Source: Candidatus Acidiferrales bacterium | GTDB taxonomy: Bacteria; Acidobacteriota; Terriglobia; Acidiferrales; UBA7541 | Reading direction: 5' to 3' | Length of the DNA stretch: 64,000 bases | NCBI GenBank assembly: GCA_030037775.1 | Contig: JASHQB010000182.1 | Coordinates: 3,439 to 67,438, forward strand | Shown here: piece after piece, positions 27,788 to 38,575 of the stretch | Layout: each line of letters starts with the position of its first letter | How positions within the stretch are numbered: the first letter of the stretch is position 1 | Notes under the pieces: model-generated | What the model was told of the DNA's origin: nothing | The model's input: only the letters and a program-made list of their open reading frames with translations | Databases searched by the model: none | Translations under genes and position numbers: made by a program

Positions 27788-29206
27788 ATGCCCTCATCCA
27801 TGCGCGAACTGTCGAAGCCCCGCTCTTTTCTTCCTGGCCCCGTGCGCTTAGGCTTAGCCGCCCTTTGCGGGCTGGCTGTCGCTGCACTGGGGCCTCTTCT
27901 GCGCACCTCGCCGGTCGCAGCCGCAACTCCGCCCGCTTCCTCGTCGGTTTACGAGCTGCAGATCAATGGCGAAATTGAGCCGATTCTCGCCGAATATATC
28001 GTCAGTGGAATCGAGAGCGCTAATCAGGCCAATGCCAGCCTGATTCTCATCACTATCGATACGCCGGGCGGGCTGGATTCGGCGATGCGCGACATCATCG
28101 CCGCCGTTCTGCATTCTCGTGTTCCGGTGGTCATTTACGTCACTCCGTCGGGCTCCCGCGCCGCTTCCGCCGGATTCTTCATTTTGCTTTCCGCCGACGT
28201 TGCCGCCATGTCTCCCGGCACTGATACCGGTGCGGCGTCGCCGCTGCTCGAGGTGGCCGGCAATCCGGTGAAAATCGATGACACACTCGCTCGCAAGATC
28301 ATGAACGAAGCGACGGCCTACCTGCGAAGCTACGCTTCGCGTCGCGGGCGCAATGTCCCGCTCGCCGTCACCGCGGTCACCGACGCCAAAGCCTTCAGCG
28401 AGAGGGAAGCGCTCGATGGCCACCTCGTCGACCTGATCGCCGCCAATACAGGCGCGTTGCTCACGCAGCTCAACGGCCGCACCATCACGCGCCTCGACGG
28501 CTCTCAGCAAACGCTGCAGCTCTCCGACCCAACGGTTGAACTTCACTTGATGAGCGGTCGCGAAAGAATTCTGGACCGCATCGTTCAGCCGGACGCATTT
28601 TTCATCCTCTTGATCCTCGGCGTCCTCGGCCTGTACGTGGAGTTCACGCATCCCGGACTTTTCGCCCCCGGCGTCATCGGCGGCATCGCTCTGGTGCTCG
28701 CCCTTTTCGCCATGCACATGCTTCCGGTGAACTTCGCCGGCTTTCTGCTGATTGTCCTCGCGCTCATCTTGTTCGTGCTGGAGGCGAAATATCCAACTCA
28801 CGGAGTCCTGGGTGTCGGCGGCGCCATCGCCATGCTGTTCGGCGCGCTGATGCTGATTCGTTCGCCGATCACCCCCGGAGGCGTTGATGTGAGCACCGCG
28901 CTTGCCGTCACCATTCCTGTTGCGCTGATCGCGGTTTTCCTGATGCGCCTTGTCCTGCGCTCGCGCCGCTGGAAGCCGGCGACGGGCGTTGAACAATTGG
29001 TCGGTTCCATAGGGCAAATGACCGAGCCGGTGGAATCGCCGGGCTCCAGCGGAACGGTCCTGGTTCACGGCGAGCTGTGGCGCGCCTCCGCCAGCGAGTC
29101 GATTCCCAAGGGAGGGCGAGTGCGCGTCAGCCGTGTCGATGGGCTCACGCTCACCGTCGAGCCGCTGCGCACCGGCGCCGCTGTTCCCGATGCTTTAGTT
29201 CGATAG
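27788..29206 (+). CDS. nfeD: NfeD family membrane-bound ClpP-class serine protease
   Basis: LILITIDTPGGLDSAM and SGSRAASAGFFILLSADVAAMSPGT protease core, central TM block, C-terminal OB-like GTVLVHGELWRASA...RVRVSRVDGLTLTVEP. Start is ATG 27788 or 27800; the track's 27626 overlaps the TPR gene. Confidence 0.85.
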   Translation: MPSSMRELSKPRSFLPGPVRLGLAALCGLAVAALGPLLRTSPVAAATPPASSSVYELQINGEIEPILAEYIVSGIESANQANASLILITIDTPGGLDSAMRDIIAAVLHSRVPVVIYVTPSGSRAASAGFFILLSADVAAMSPGTDTGAASPLLEVAGNPVKIDDTLARKIMNEATAYLRSYASRRGRNVPLAVTAVTDAKAFSEREALDGHLVDLIAANTGALLTQLNGRTITRLDGSQQTLQLSDPTVELHLMSGRERILDRIVQPDAFFILLILGVLGLYVEFTHPGLFAPGVIGGIALVLALFAMHMLPVNFAGFLLIVLALILFVLEAKYPTHGVLGVGGAIAMLFGALMLIRSPITPGGVDVSTALAVTIPVALIAVFLMRLVLRSRRWKPATGVEQLVGSIGQMTEPVESPGSSGTVLVHGELWRASASESIPKGGRVRVSRVDGLTLTVEPLRTGAAVPDALVR

Positions 29207-29276
29207 GTTCTCGAGCGCTCGCTCTCGGGAAATGGATCGGTTTTTGGGCGCGGTGAAGAAGCGCCCGGAGGAAACG

Positions 29277-30035
29277 ATGAACGGATTGATCTTTATCGCA
29301 GTGATCATCTTCATTTTTCTGATCTGGCTCTTCAACTGCATCAATGTGCTCAAGGAGTGGGAGCGCGGTGTTGTCCTTCGCCTCGGGCGCATGCTGCCTG
29401 CACCGAAAGGTCCCGGCCTGGTTCTAATTTTCGCGCCCATCGACAAATTGATCCGCGTCTCCCTGCGCATCGAAACCCTTGACATCCCCCCGCAAGACGT
29501 CATCACCAAGGACAACGTCTCCGCGAAAGTAAACGCCGTCTGTTATTTTCGCGTCGTCGATTCGAACCTGGCGATTTCGCAGGTGCAGAACTATCTCTAC
29601 GCCACTTCGCAGCTCGCGCAAACCAATCTGCGCAGCGTCGTCGGGCAGTTTCAGTTGGACGACGTTCTCTCGGAGCGCGAAAAGGTAAACGACAAGTTGC
29701 AAACAATCCTTGACCAGGATACCGAGCCTTGGGGTATTAAGGTAACGAAGGTTGAGGTGAAACAAGTCGATATTCCGGACAATATGCAGCGCGCCATTGC
29801 GCGCCAGGCCGAAGCCGAACGCGAGCGCCGCGCGAAAATCATCAATGCCGACGGCGAATTGCAGGCCTCGGCGAAGCTCGCGGAAGCCGCCGCCGCGCTG
29901 CAAGCGCAGCCCATTTCCGTGCAGCTTCGTTATTTACAGACGCTGCAGGAAATTGGCACCGAGAAAAACACCACGGTGATTTTCCCCGTGCCCATCGACT
30001 TGGTCGGCCAGTGGCTCAAAGCCGCTGGCAAATAA
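29277..30035 (+). CDS. SPFH/band 7 stomatin-like protein
   Basis: PHB-domain sequence (VLKEWERGVVLRLGR..., RAIARQAEAERERRAKII). Classic nfeD-stomatin pairing. ATG 29277 has a ggagg SD; the alternative start is 29232. Confidence 0.9.
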   Translation: MNGLIFIAVIIFIFLIWLFNCINVLKEWERGVVLRLGRMLPAPKGPGLVLIFAPIDKLIRVSLRIETLDIPPQDVITKDNVSAKVNAVCYFRVVDSNLAISQVQNYLYATSQLAQTNLRSVVGQFQLDDVLSEREKVNDKLQTILDQDTEPWGIKVTKVEVKQVDIPDNMQRAIARQAEAERERRAKIINADGELQASAKLAEAAAALQAQPISVQLRYLQTLQEIGTEKNTTVIFPVPIDLVGQWLKAAGK

Positions 30036-30058
30036 AATTTGGGAGCGTTGCGAACACG

Positions 30059-30724
30059 ATGAGTTCTTCAAGGCGAGGTGGCGAGCGAGTTCTCGAAAGC
30101 CGTCATCTGATCGGCTTGTTTTTGGGCGTGGTATTGCTCTGCTGCGTTTTTTTCACCCTCGGCTACGTCATGGGCAAAACGCAGTACGGCAATTCGCCCG
30201 TGCAGGCCGCTTCGCTGGATAGTCCCGTGAAGCCGTCGTCCGCCCCGGACGCAAAGACCGCGGCGGCTCAGCCTCCTGCGTCTCCCGAGTGGGATTTCTA
30301 CACCGAAAAGAAAACCACCGACGTTCCCCTGAAATCCGCGCGCGCCTCGGCCACCGCGCCGCAAATTTCGACGCCTGAGCCCGTGGAATCGCCGTCCATG
30401 GTGAGTTCGCAGCCCGCGAGCCGCGAAGTTTCCGCGGCGCCTTCGACGACTCGCCCGTCTTATGCGCCACCGCCGCCGCGATATCGCGCGCCGCGCATGT
30501 CGCGCAACGCCATCGTTCTTCAGGTCGCCGCGCTGCGCCACGAAGGCGACGCCCTCGCTCTGGCGGACGCATTGCAGCAGAAAGGCTTCCCTGCGTTTGT
30601 GCTGACGCCTTCTTCGGACGGCTTCTACCGCGTGCAGGTGGGTCCTTTTTCCACTCAGGCCGTCGGCGACAAGGCTAAACAATCGCTCGAGCGCGAGGGA
30701 TTCAAAGCCATCTTCCGGCGCTGA
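30059..30724 (+). CDS. SPOR domain protein
   Basis: N-terminal TM, Pro/Ala/Ser-rich linker, C-terminal SPOR-like IVLQVAALRHEGDALALADALQQKGFPAFV...YRVQVGPF. Confidence 0.78.
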   Translation: MSSSRRGGERVLESRHLIGLFLGVVLLCCVFFTLGYVMGKTQYGNSPVQAASLDSPVKPSSAPDAKTAAAQPPASPEWDFYTEKKTTDVPLKSARASATAPQISTPEPVESPSMVSSQPASREVSAAPSTTRPSYAPPPPRYRAPRMSRNAIVLQVAALRHEGDALALADALQQKGFPAFVLTPSSDGFYRVQVGPFSTQAVGDKAKQSLEREGFKAIFRR

Positions 30725-32260
30725 ATGACGCTATCACGGCCTGTTCGCTTTCGTCTCGCTATCGCCTCCGGCCTCGCGCTCTCCTTTTCATTTCCCAATT
30801 ACAATTTGCCGCTGCTCGTCTGGGTTGCCGTGGCCTTGCTGATGCTTGCCGCGCTCGGCGCGCGCACCCGTGACGCAGCACTCTGCGGCTTCATCAACGG
30901 TGTTCTTTTCTATCCGCTCAGCCTTCCCTGGATCGCCACGGTCATGAAGCAATATGGCAGCAACATCAGTTGGCTCGCCGCCGCCGGAATTCTGGGACTG
31001 ATGGCGCTCGCTGGCTCTCTTTTCCCATTGGCATTCGCTGTCCTCCTCTGCCGCGTCGGCAAAAAAAGCGTTGCTGTCGCCTGTGCGCTGGCCCCGTTTC
31101 TTTGGGTTGTGCTCGAATTCGCTCGCGCCCATCTTCCCATCATCAGTTTTCCGTGGAACCTGCTCGGCTACGCCGCTTCCGGCAATCTCGCCTTCCTGCA
31201 GCTCGCCAGCATCACCGGAATTTTCGGCCTCTCCCTGCTCATTGCTGCGTTTAATGCATCGCTTGCCTGGATGTTCGCCTCGCCCTCCAGCAAAAGTCGC
31301 CGCACGGCCATCGGCGCTGCGATCGCCCTCGTCGTCATCGCCGTACTTGGCCCGCGCTTTGTCCCGCTTGCGCCCGCGGACCACATCGCGCATCTTGTCC
31401 AAACAAATCTTCCCCAGGAAGAACTCTACCCCGCCAACTGGATGGAAATTCACGCCGCAGACATGCAGCAGCTCGAATCCTTGAGCATCGACGCCGCCAA
31501 AAAATCTCCCGGCCTCGTCATCTGGCCCGAAGTTCCCGCGCCGTTCACTTTGCAAGATTCGAAGTTCGCCGCCATCGCCGGCCGCATCGCACAAGACTCC
31601 CGCCAGGATTTCCTTGTCGGCGTGGTGGATTGGAAACTCAGCCCGGATCGCAAGTGGCTCGCTTCGAACAGCGCTGTCCTGCTTGATCCCGCCGGACGCC
31701 GTGAATTCACCTACGACAAAATTCATCTCGTGCCATTCGGCGAATACGTTCCCCTGCGCAAGTATCTGTTTTTCGCGCACAGCCTCATCGATAGCATCGG
31801 CGACTTCACGCCGGGCCGTGATTATTCCGTCGGCTCGCTGCCCGGCGGCCGTTTCAGCGTGTTCATCTGCTATGAAGCGATCTTCTCCTCCGAAATTCGC
31901 CGCTTCGCCGCCCATGGCGCCCAGCTCCTCATCAACATTTCCAATGACGGCTGGTTCGGCCGCTCCTCGGCTCCGGCGCAGCATCTGATGATGGCCCGCG
32001 TCCGCGCCGTGGAAAATCGCCGCTGGCTGCTGCGCTGCACGAACACCGGTTTTACCGTCGACGTGGATCCGTATGGGCGAATTGCGGCGCGGCTCGAACC
32101 GTTCACGCGCGCTGAACTCGACGCGCCCTACGCTTTTCGCTCCGATTTGACGCCCTACACGCGCTTCGGCGACTGGCTCGCCTGGGTCTGCCTCATCGCC
32201 ACCGTCGGGCTGCTCGCGTTCAGTCTTACGCGCAGTCGCAAAGAACAGCCTTCTCATTGA
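30725..32260 (+). CDS. lnt: apolipoprotein N-acyltransferase
   Basis: Multi-TM N-terminal half. CN-hydrolase domain with VIWPE, catalytic FICYEAIF and NISNDGWFG. Confidence 0.9.
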   Translation: MTLSRPVRFRLAIASGLALSFSFPNYNLPLLVWVAVALLMLAALGARTRDAALCGFINGVLFYPLSLPWIATVMKQYGSNISWLAAAGILGLMALAGSLFPLAFAVLLCRVGKKSVAVACALAPFLWVVLEFARAHLPIISFPWNLLGYAASGNLAFLQLASITGIFGLSLLIAAFNASLAWMFASPSSKSRRTAIGAAIALVVIAVLGPRFVPLAPADHIAHLVQTNLPQEELYPANWMEIHAADMQQLESLSIDAAKKSPGLVIWPEVPAPFTLQDSKFAAIAGRIAQDSRQDFLVGVVDWKLSPDRKWLASNSAVLLDPAGRREFTYDKIHLVPFGEYVPLRKYLFFAHSLIDSIGDFTPGRDYSVGSLPGGRFSVFICYEAIFSSEIRRFAAHGAQLLINISNDGWFGRSSAPAQHLMMARVRAVENRRWLLRCTNTGFTVDVDPYGRIAARLEPFTRAELDAPYAFRSDLTPYTRFGDWLAWVCLIATVGLLAFSLTRSRKEQPSH

Positions 32261-32308
32261 TCCACTCCACGGCTTTCGAATTTTGCGTCTCGCATGTAGA
32301 ATCAACTC

Positions 32309-33482
32309 ATGCCAACCATCCAGCACATCGAAGACCTGCAAGCCCGCTTCGACGAACTCAAGAAGCGCATCGAACTCGTGCGGAGCTATCTTTGACGTTC
32401 CCGCCAATCGCGAACTCCTGAAGTCCCTCGAACCGAAGATCAACGATCCCGCCTTTTGGCAGGACCAGGAAAAAGCCCAGGCCGTTCTACAGCAGCGCAA
32501 GCGCGCCGAAACCAGCATCGCCGCCGAAGAGAAACTCACCCGCGCCGTCTCCGACGTCGATACCTATTTCCATCTCGCTCACGAGGAGTCCGACGCTTCG
32601 CAGCGCGACTCCGTCCTCAAAGACATCTCCACCGAGCTCGACGCCGCCGACAAATACGTCTCCGAGCTCGAAACGCAAACGCTGCTCTCCGGCGAAAACG
32701 ATACGCTCAACGCTATCATGACCATCAAGCCCGGCGCCGGAGGCACCGAATCGCAGGACTGGGCCGAAATGCTCCTCCGCATGTACCTGCGCTGGGCCGA
32801 GGGCAAAAATTTCCGCGCCACCATTCTCGATTCCGTGCCTGGCGAAGAAGCCGGCCTGAAATCCGTCACCTTGCGCATCGAAGGCGAAAACGCCTACGGT
32901 CTGCTCGCTGGCGAGAGCGGCGTGCATCGCCTGGTGCGCATTTCGCCATTCGATCAAGCCGCGCGGCGCCACACGTCCTTTGCCTCTGTCTTCGTCATTC
33001 CCGAAATCGACGACCGCATTGAGATCGTCGTCAAGCCTGACGACATTCGCATCGACACTTTCCGTGCCGGCGGCCATGGCGGCCAGAACGTTAACAAGGT
33101 CGAATCCGCGGTGCGCATCACGCATATGCCCACCGGCATCGTCGTGCAATGCCAGAACGAGCGCAGCCAGCACAAGAATCGCGAATTGGCCATGAAAGTC
33201 CTCAGATCCCAGCTCTACGAACATGAAGTCGAAAAGCGGCGCGAAGAAACCCGCAAGCGCGACGAAGCCAAGCTCGACATCAGCTTCGGCAGCCAGATTC
33301 GCTCTTACGTGCTCCAGCCCTATCAGCTCATCAAGGACCACCGCACTAAGATCGAAGAGGGCAACGTCAATCGCGTTCTCGATGGCGACCTGGACGAGTT
33401 CATCCGCGGCTACCTTATGGCCCGCAGGCGAGGCGGCGGGACTGTCGCGCCTCCCGAGCCGCCCGATACGGAGTCACGATAA
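32309..33482 (+). CDS. prfB: peptide chain release factor 2, requires programmed +1 frameshift (32309..32392 joined to 32394..33482)
   Basis: Frame 0 is [28 protein letters not shown] then TGA. The +1 frame continues [24 protein letters not shown]... through SPF and GGQ ([18 protein letters not shown]). Confidence 0.92.
32382..32396 (+). promoter_or_regulatory. prfB +1 frameshift site
   Basis: ggag (internal SD-like) followed by c tat CTT TGA C. The slippery CTT at 32390..32392 precedes the in-frame TGA at 32393..32395. Confidence 0.85.
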
Positions 33483-33596
33483 TCTGCAATTCTTTCAGTG
33501 AGCGCGTATCGGACGGGTCCTTCGGCGCGATTCCGCGCGCATCCTGCGCCCTGTATTGCCCGTCCAGCTTGCCAATAAGCCGTTTCGCTGCAAGTC

Positions 33597-33625
33597 GTTG
33601 ACACCCATCTCCTCGCATGCTACGG
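33597..33625 (+). promoter_or_regulatory. candidate sigma70-type promoter for metK
   Basis: TTGACA (33597..33602), 17-nt spacer, TACGGT (33620..33625), about 75 nt upstream of the metK start. Confidence 0.3.
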
Positions 33626-33700
33626 TTTTTGCTTGGTTTTGCCGCGCCAACGGGCTCTTGGGCCATTGATTTGCCTGCCAAACCATCGAAGGAGACTGTC

Positions 33701-34879
33701 TTGACACGTCCAGAAGAGAAGTTCCTGTTTACCTCGGAGTCTGTTACCGAAGGCCATCCCGACAAGATGGCTGACCAGATCTCCGACGCCATTCTTGACG
33801 CGGTGATGAAGGACGATCCGATGGGCCGCGTCGCCTGCGAGACCCTCGTCACCACCGGCTTGGTCATCGTCGCCGGTGAAATCACCACGTCCACCTATGT
33901 CGATTTCTGCGACGTGGCCCGCGACGTCGTGCGCAGCGTCGGCTACACGCGCGCCAAATACGGTTTCGATGCTGACACTTGCGGCGTCATGTCCACCATC
34001 AAGAAGCAGTCCGGCGACATCGCGATGGGCGTCGACACCGGCGGCGCCGGCGACCAGGGTCTCATGTTCGGTTTCGCCTGCGACGAGACCGAAGAATTGA
34101 TGCCTATGCCCATCCAACTCGCCCATCAGCTCACCCAGCGCCTCTCGCAAGTCCGCAAGTCCGGATCGGTCAACTTCCTACGCCCCGATGGCAAATCCCA
34201 GGTCACGGTCGAATATGTCAACGACCGCCCCGCGCGCGTCGACTGCGTGGTCATCTCCACCCAGCACAGCGACTCGGTTTCCAGTCAGGACCTGCGTGAC
34301 GCCGTCATCGACGAAGTCATCCGCCCGGTGGTGCCGGCGGACATGATCGACAAACAAACAAAATTCCACATCAACCCCACCGGCCGCTTCGTCGTTGGCG
34401 GTCCGATGGGTGACGCCGGTCTCACCGGGCGCAAAATCATCGTCGACACCTACGGTGGCTACAGCCGTCACGGCGGCGGCGCGCTCTCGGGCAAAGATCC
34501 GACCAAGGTCGACCGTTCCGCCTGCTATATGGCGCGCTATATCGCCAAGAATCTCGTCGCCGCGGGGCTAGCACACAAGTGCGAAGTCCAGCTCGCCTAT
34601 GCCATCGGCGTTGCCGAGCCCGTTTCCGTCATGGCAGACACATTCGGCACAGGAACCGTTCCCAATTCGCAGATCACCGAGCTCATTCGCACCAATTTCA
34701 AGCTCACGCCGCGCGGCATCATCGATACCCTCAAACTCCGCCGTCCGATCTATCGCGCCACTTCCAACTACGGCCACTTTGGCCGAAGGGGCGCAGGTTT
34801 CACTTGGGAGGAGACGGACCGCGCCGAAGCGCTGCGCAAGGAAGCGGGACTGCCCGCTGCCGTCGTCGCCTCGCGTTAG
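33701..34879 (+). CDS. metK: S-adenosylmethionine synthase
   Basis: [50 protein letters not shown] 33701 follows an aaggag SD. The track start 33617 adds an implausible extension. Confidence 0.93.
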   Translation: MTRPEEKFLFTSESVTEGHPDKMADQISDAILDAVMKDDPMGRVACETLVTTGLVIVAGEITTSTYVDFCDVARDVVRSVGYTRAKYGFDADTCGVMSTIKKQSGDIAMGVDTGGAGDQGLMFGFACDETEELMPMPIQLAHQLTQRLSQVRKSGSVNFLRPDGKSQVTVEYVNDRPARVDCVVISTQHSDSVSSQDLRDAVIDEVIRPVVPADMIDKQTKFHINPTGRFVVGGPMGDAGLTGRKIIVDTYGGYSRHGGGALSGKDPTKVDRSACYMARYIAKNLVAAGLAHKCEVQLAYAIGVAEPVSVMADTFGTGTVPNSQITELIRTNFKLTPRGIIDTLKLRRPIYRATSNYGHFGRRGAGFTWEETDRAEALRKEAGLPAAVVASR

Positions 34880-34899
34880 TTTTTAGTTGTGTTTGTAGC

Positions 34900-34917
34900 G
34901 CCGGCCTTAAGGCCGGC
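34900..34917 (+). terminator. GC-rich hairpin / perfect palindrome between metK and ahcY
   Basis: GCCGGCCTTAAGGCCGGC gives a 7-bp stem and TTAA loop. The following tract aucuucuc is only weakly U-rich. Confidence 0.3.
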
Positions 34918-34939
34918 ATCTTCTCGAAATATTGTTTAG

Positions 34940-36226
<1,287 letters not shown>

Positions 36227-36253
36227 CGCCGCGATCCGCCGGTTAGTGCTGTA

Positions 36254-36276
36254 GGGGCGGTCTTCAGGGCCGCCCC
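36254..36276 (+). terminator. stem-loop after ahcY
   Basis: ggggcgg / ccgcccc stem with a 9-nt loop, then ttcgcttcg. Confidence 0.4.
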
Positions 36277-36550
36277 TTCGCTTCGTGCGCAAGCCCTTGC
36301 ACACTCCGAACATTCCCTTGCGCATCGCTTGCTTGCGCAAACGAGTCTACTCCACTAACCCTCTCCCAGACAATAAGTTACGGGCTGAGATCGAGTGGCC
36401 TCTCGCGTGCTACCACAGAGTGCCCGGTTTGGTCTGGGTCTTCGTAACACCGGTTATGCGTTTCCATTTCAAAGGGACCGATGGGCATTTAGGGCAGTCG
36501 ACTCAAATCGAACGAACCTTCGAAAACTGCGGAGGCATGGGGGAAGCGCT

Positions 36551-37252
36551 ATGCATGTACGTAAACTTGCAGTGGCTACGATCTTCTTTTTCGCGTTCGT
36601 TGCTTCGGCGCGAGCAAACTTGGTCACCAACGGCTCCTTCGCCAATACCGGCGGCGTGTGGGTCAACAATACCCTGCTCGGGTCGGACGATTGGCAGAGC
36701 TCCGGGGCCACCGGCATCCCGGGCTGGTCGAATGTTCCAGGTTTTGCCAACGAATTCTGGTTCAATGGAGCCTCGAACGTTTACGGCCTCACACAAAGTC
36801 CTGGCAACGGCAGCGCCTTTGCCGTCGACCTCACGGGACAGGCAAACAACAAGCCTTACGGCGGTATCGAGCAGACCATCGCAACGACACCTGGCGTTAC
36901 CTACGATCTGACCTTCGACCTTGGCGCCTCACTACAATATAATGGCACAGGGCTCAACTCCGCCGCTCTCACCGCGAGCGCTACCGGCACTATCGTGGAT
37001 TCCTTGCAACTGTTCATCCTGGCTCCGACCGGCTACAATCAATGGCAGTCAGAATCGCTCATGTTCACGGCAGACAGCAGCAGCACCACAATCGAGTTCT
37101 TGGCCGACTCGAACTACACCTCCGAATACGTCGGACTAGACAACGTCAGTGTGACGGCCGTCTCTAGCACGCCCGAGCCATCCTCTTTGCTCCTGCTCGC
37201 CACCGGCCTGCTCGTTCTTGGCCCATTCATTCGCCGCCTTGCTCATTCCTGA
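36551..37252 (+). CDS. PEP-CTERM sorting-domain protein (DUF642-like jelly-roll cargo)
   Basis: ATG 36551 gives MHVRKLAVATIFFFAFVASARA (signal peptide). C-terminus TPEPSSLLLLATGLLVLGPFIRRLAHS is PEP, then a TM, then basic residues. Confidence 0.8.
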   Translation: MHVRKLAVATIFFFAFVASARANLVTNGSFANTGGVWVNNTLLGSDDWQSSGATGIPGWSNVPGFANEFWFNGASNVYGLTQSPGNGSAFAVDLTGQANNKPYGGIEQTIATTPGVTYDLTFDLGASLQYNGTGLNSAALTASATGTIVDSLQLFILAPTGYNQWQSESLMFTADSSSTTIEFLADSNYTSEYVGLDNVSVTAVSSTPEPSSLLLLATGLLVLGPFIRRLAHS

Positions 37253-37702
37253 TCTGAGAAGGCTCGCGCAAGTTGGAGCCCGGTGAGCCCTGCGCGTGAT
37301 CGGCTCCCCGGGCATCCTAACCGCATCCCAGCCCAGGCTCGAACAGGCGCGATACCTCGCGTCCTGAAAACGACGGCATCCAAACCGCATAGCGTTCATT
37401 TTCTAATCCCATTTAGGAAAATGGCGCGAACCGTCGGGGCGCCCTAGCTCCCGCAAACCCTGACTTCTGTTGAGTCAGAAGCATTTCCAGAATCCCAGGC
37501 CGATTCCCGTGTTGGTACCAACCCGCAAACCGGCTTTCCCATCTTTCCGCATAAGCCCCCTGAAAACAATACAGTGCGCAGCCGTTCGCCTTGGCCTCGT
37601 AGGTGCTTTACTCCTCCCCGTCCCAGCTTCGCGCAGCACAAAGCAGTCGTTGAAGTTAGGCAGCGAATCTGGAATCAAAACTACGCGGAGGCGACCACGT
37701 CC

Positions 37703-38224
37703 ATGACTGTCATCGTACGGCGTTCAAAATGGTCCTTGTTTCTGTTTCTCGCATCTTTTTGCTTGGCATTCGGCAGCAGACCGGCGGTTGCCACGCCCGT
37801 CACCTACAACTACAATCAGGGCGTTTCTGGTTCGCTCACCTTACCGTCAGCACTCGCCGATGACTTCACGGGCTTTGTGAGTCCCACCAGTTTCAGCTTT
37901 GCCGACGGTGGCCTTACCATCTCCTCCGCAGAAAGCCCGGTGATCAGCTCTTTCTTTGTCGTCACCAATGGCAGTGGAGCGATCACGGGCTGGAACATTC
38001 TCCTCGTTCTCTCCGCTTCGGACGTGATTGACTCGTCCTGCTGCGTAGACGGCCTCGCACTAAACCTGGGCGATTACGGAGGCGTGTTCGCTGGTGGCAG
38101 CGGAACGCCGGGCGTCTGGTCCACGAGTAACTCTCCAGTCCAAGAGCCATCCTCGATCTTCTTGCTCGGCACCGGCTTGCTCGGGCTTGGCCCATTTATT
38201 CGTCGCGGTCTCGCGATGCCTTGA
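37703..38224 (+). CDS. PEP-CTERM sorting-domain protein
   Basis: ATG 37703 gives MTVIVRRSKWSLFLFLASFCLAFG (signal peptide). C-terminus VQEPSSIFLLGTGLLGLGPFIRRGLAMP. Confidence 0.75.
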   Translation: MTVIVRRSKWSLFLFLASFCLAFGSRPAVATPVTYNYNQGVSGSLTLPSALADDFTGFVSPTSFSFADGGLTISSAESPVISSFFVVTNGSGAITGWNILLVLSASDVIDSSCCVDGLALNLGDYGGVFAGGSGTPGVWSTSNSPVQEPSSIFLLGTGLLGLGPFIRRGLAMP

Positions 38225-38242
38225 TCCTCCTTGAGGCTAGCG

Positions 38243-38280
38243 CCACGGGCGACGCTAACTCGCCCGTGGACCCCCTTTTC
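38243..38280 (+). terminator. rho-independent-like terminator
   Basis: Perfect 10-bp stem ccacgggcga / tcgcccgtgg, 7-nt loop, then acccccuuuu. Begins 19 nt after the stop at 38224. Confidence 0.55.
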
Positions 38281-38575
38281 GCTCTCGATGCTCCGTTCCC
38301 GTCCATTGACGCCCGTGTTAGAATGGCGTCCTGTGACGGTTCGAAAAGCACTCGCTCGTCAGAAGAATCCTTCCGCGCCTGGGCTTGGCATCTATCGAAC
38401 TTGTGAGCTTTCCAGTCGCCACTGCGCGGAATTAGAAATCGTCGTAAGTCATTGACAGCACAGGGCATCACAATTTCTGGTCGATGATTTTGGCGCACTT
38501 TTGTGTACGGGCATCGAAGGGGTCACGCAAGGCTTGTTGAACAACTAACCTGGAATAACGGGGCCGCAAAGTAAG

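Noticed and set aside
30788-32539. 583-aa minus-strand ORF opposite lnt and prfB
   Set aside because: Same reasoning. It is antisense to well-supported genes and has biased composition and no domains.
33483-33700. SAM-I riboswitch upstream of metK, SAH riboswitch upstream of ahcY
   Set aside because: I could not find the conserved SAM-I core elements (GAGGGA, GCAACC, GGUGCYAA-like segments) or an SAH-like core. Only a speculative small helix remains, reported separately at low interest.
38221-38455. Small ORFs (61 and 74 aa) upstream of tldD as possible RiPP/microcin precursors for TldD/E
   Set aside because: They start inside or overlap the PEP-CTERM gene stop and the strong terminator hairpin. 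They lack an SD and show no leader/core-like or Gly/Ser/Cys-rich pattern.
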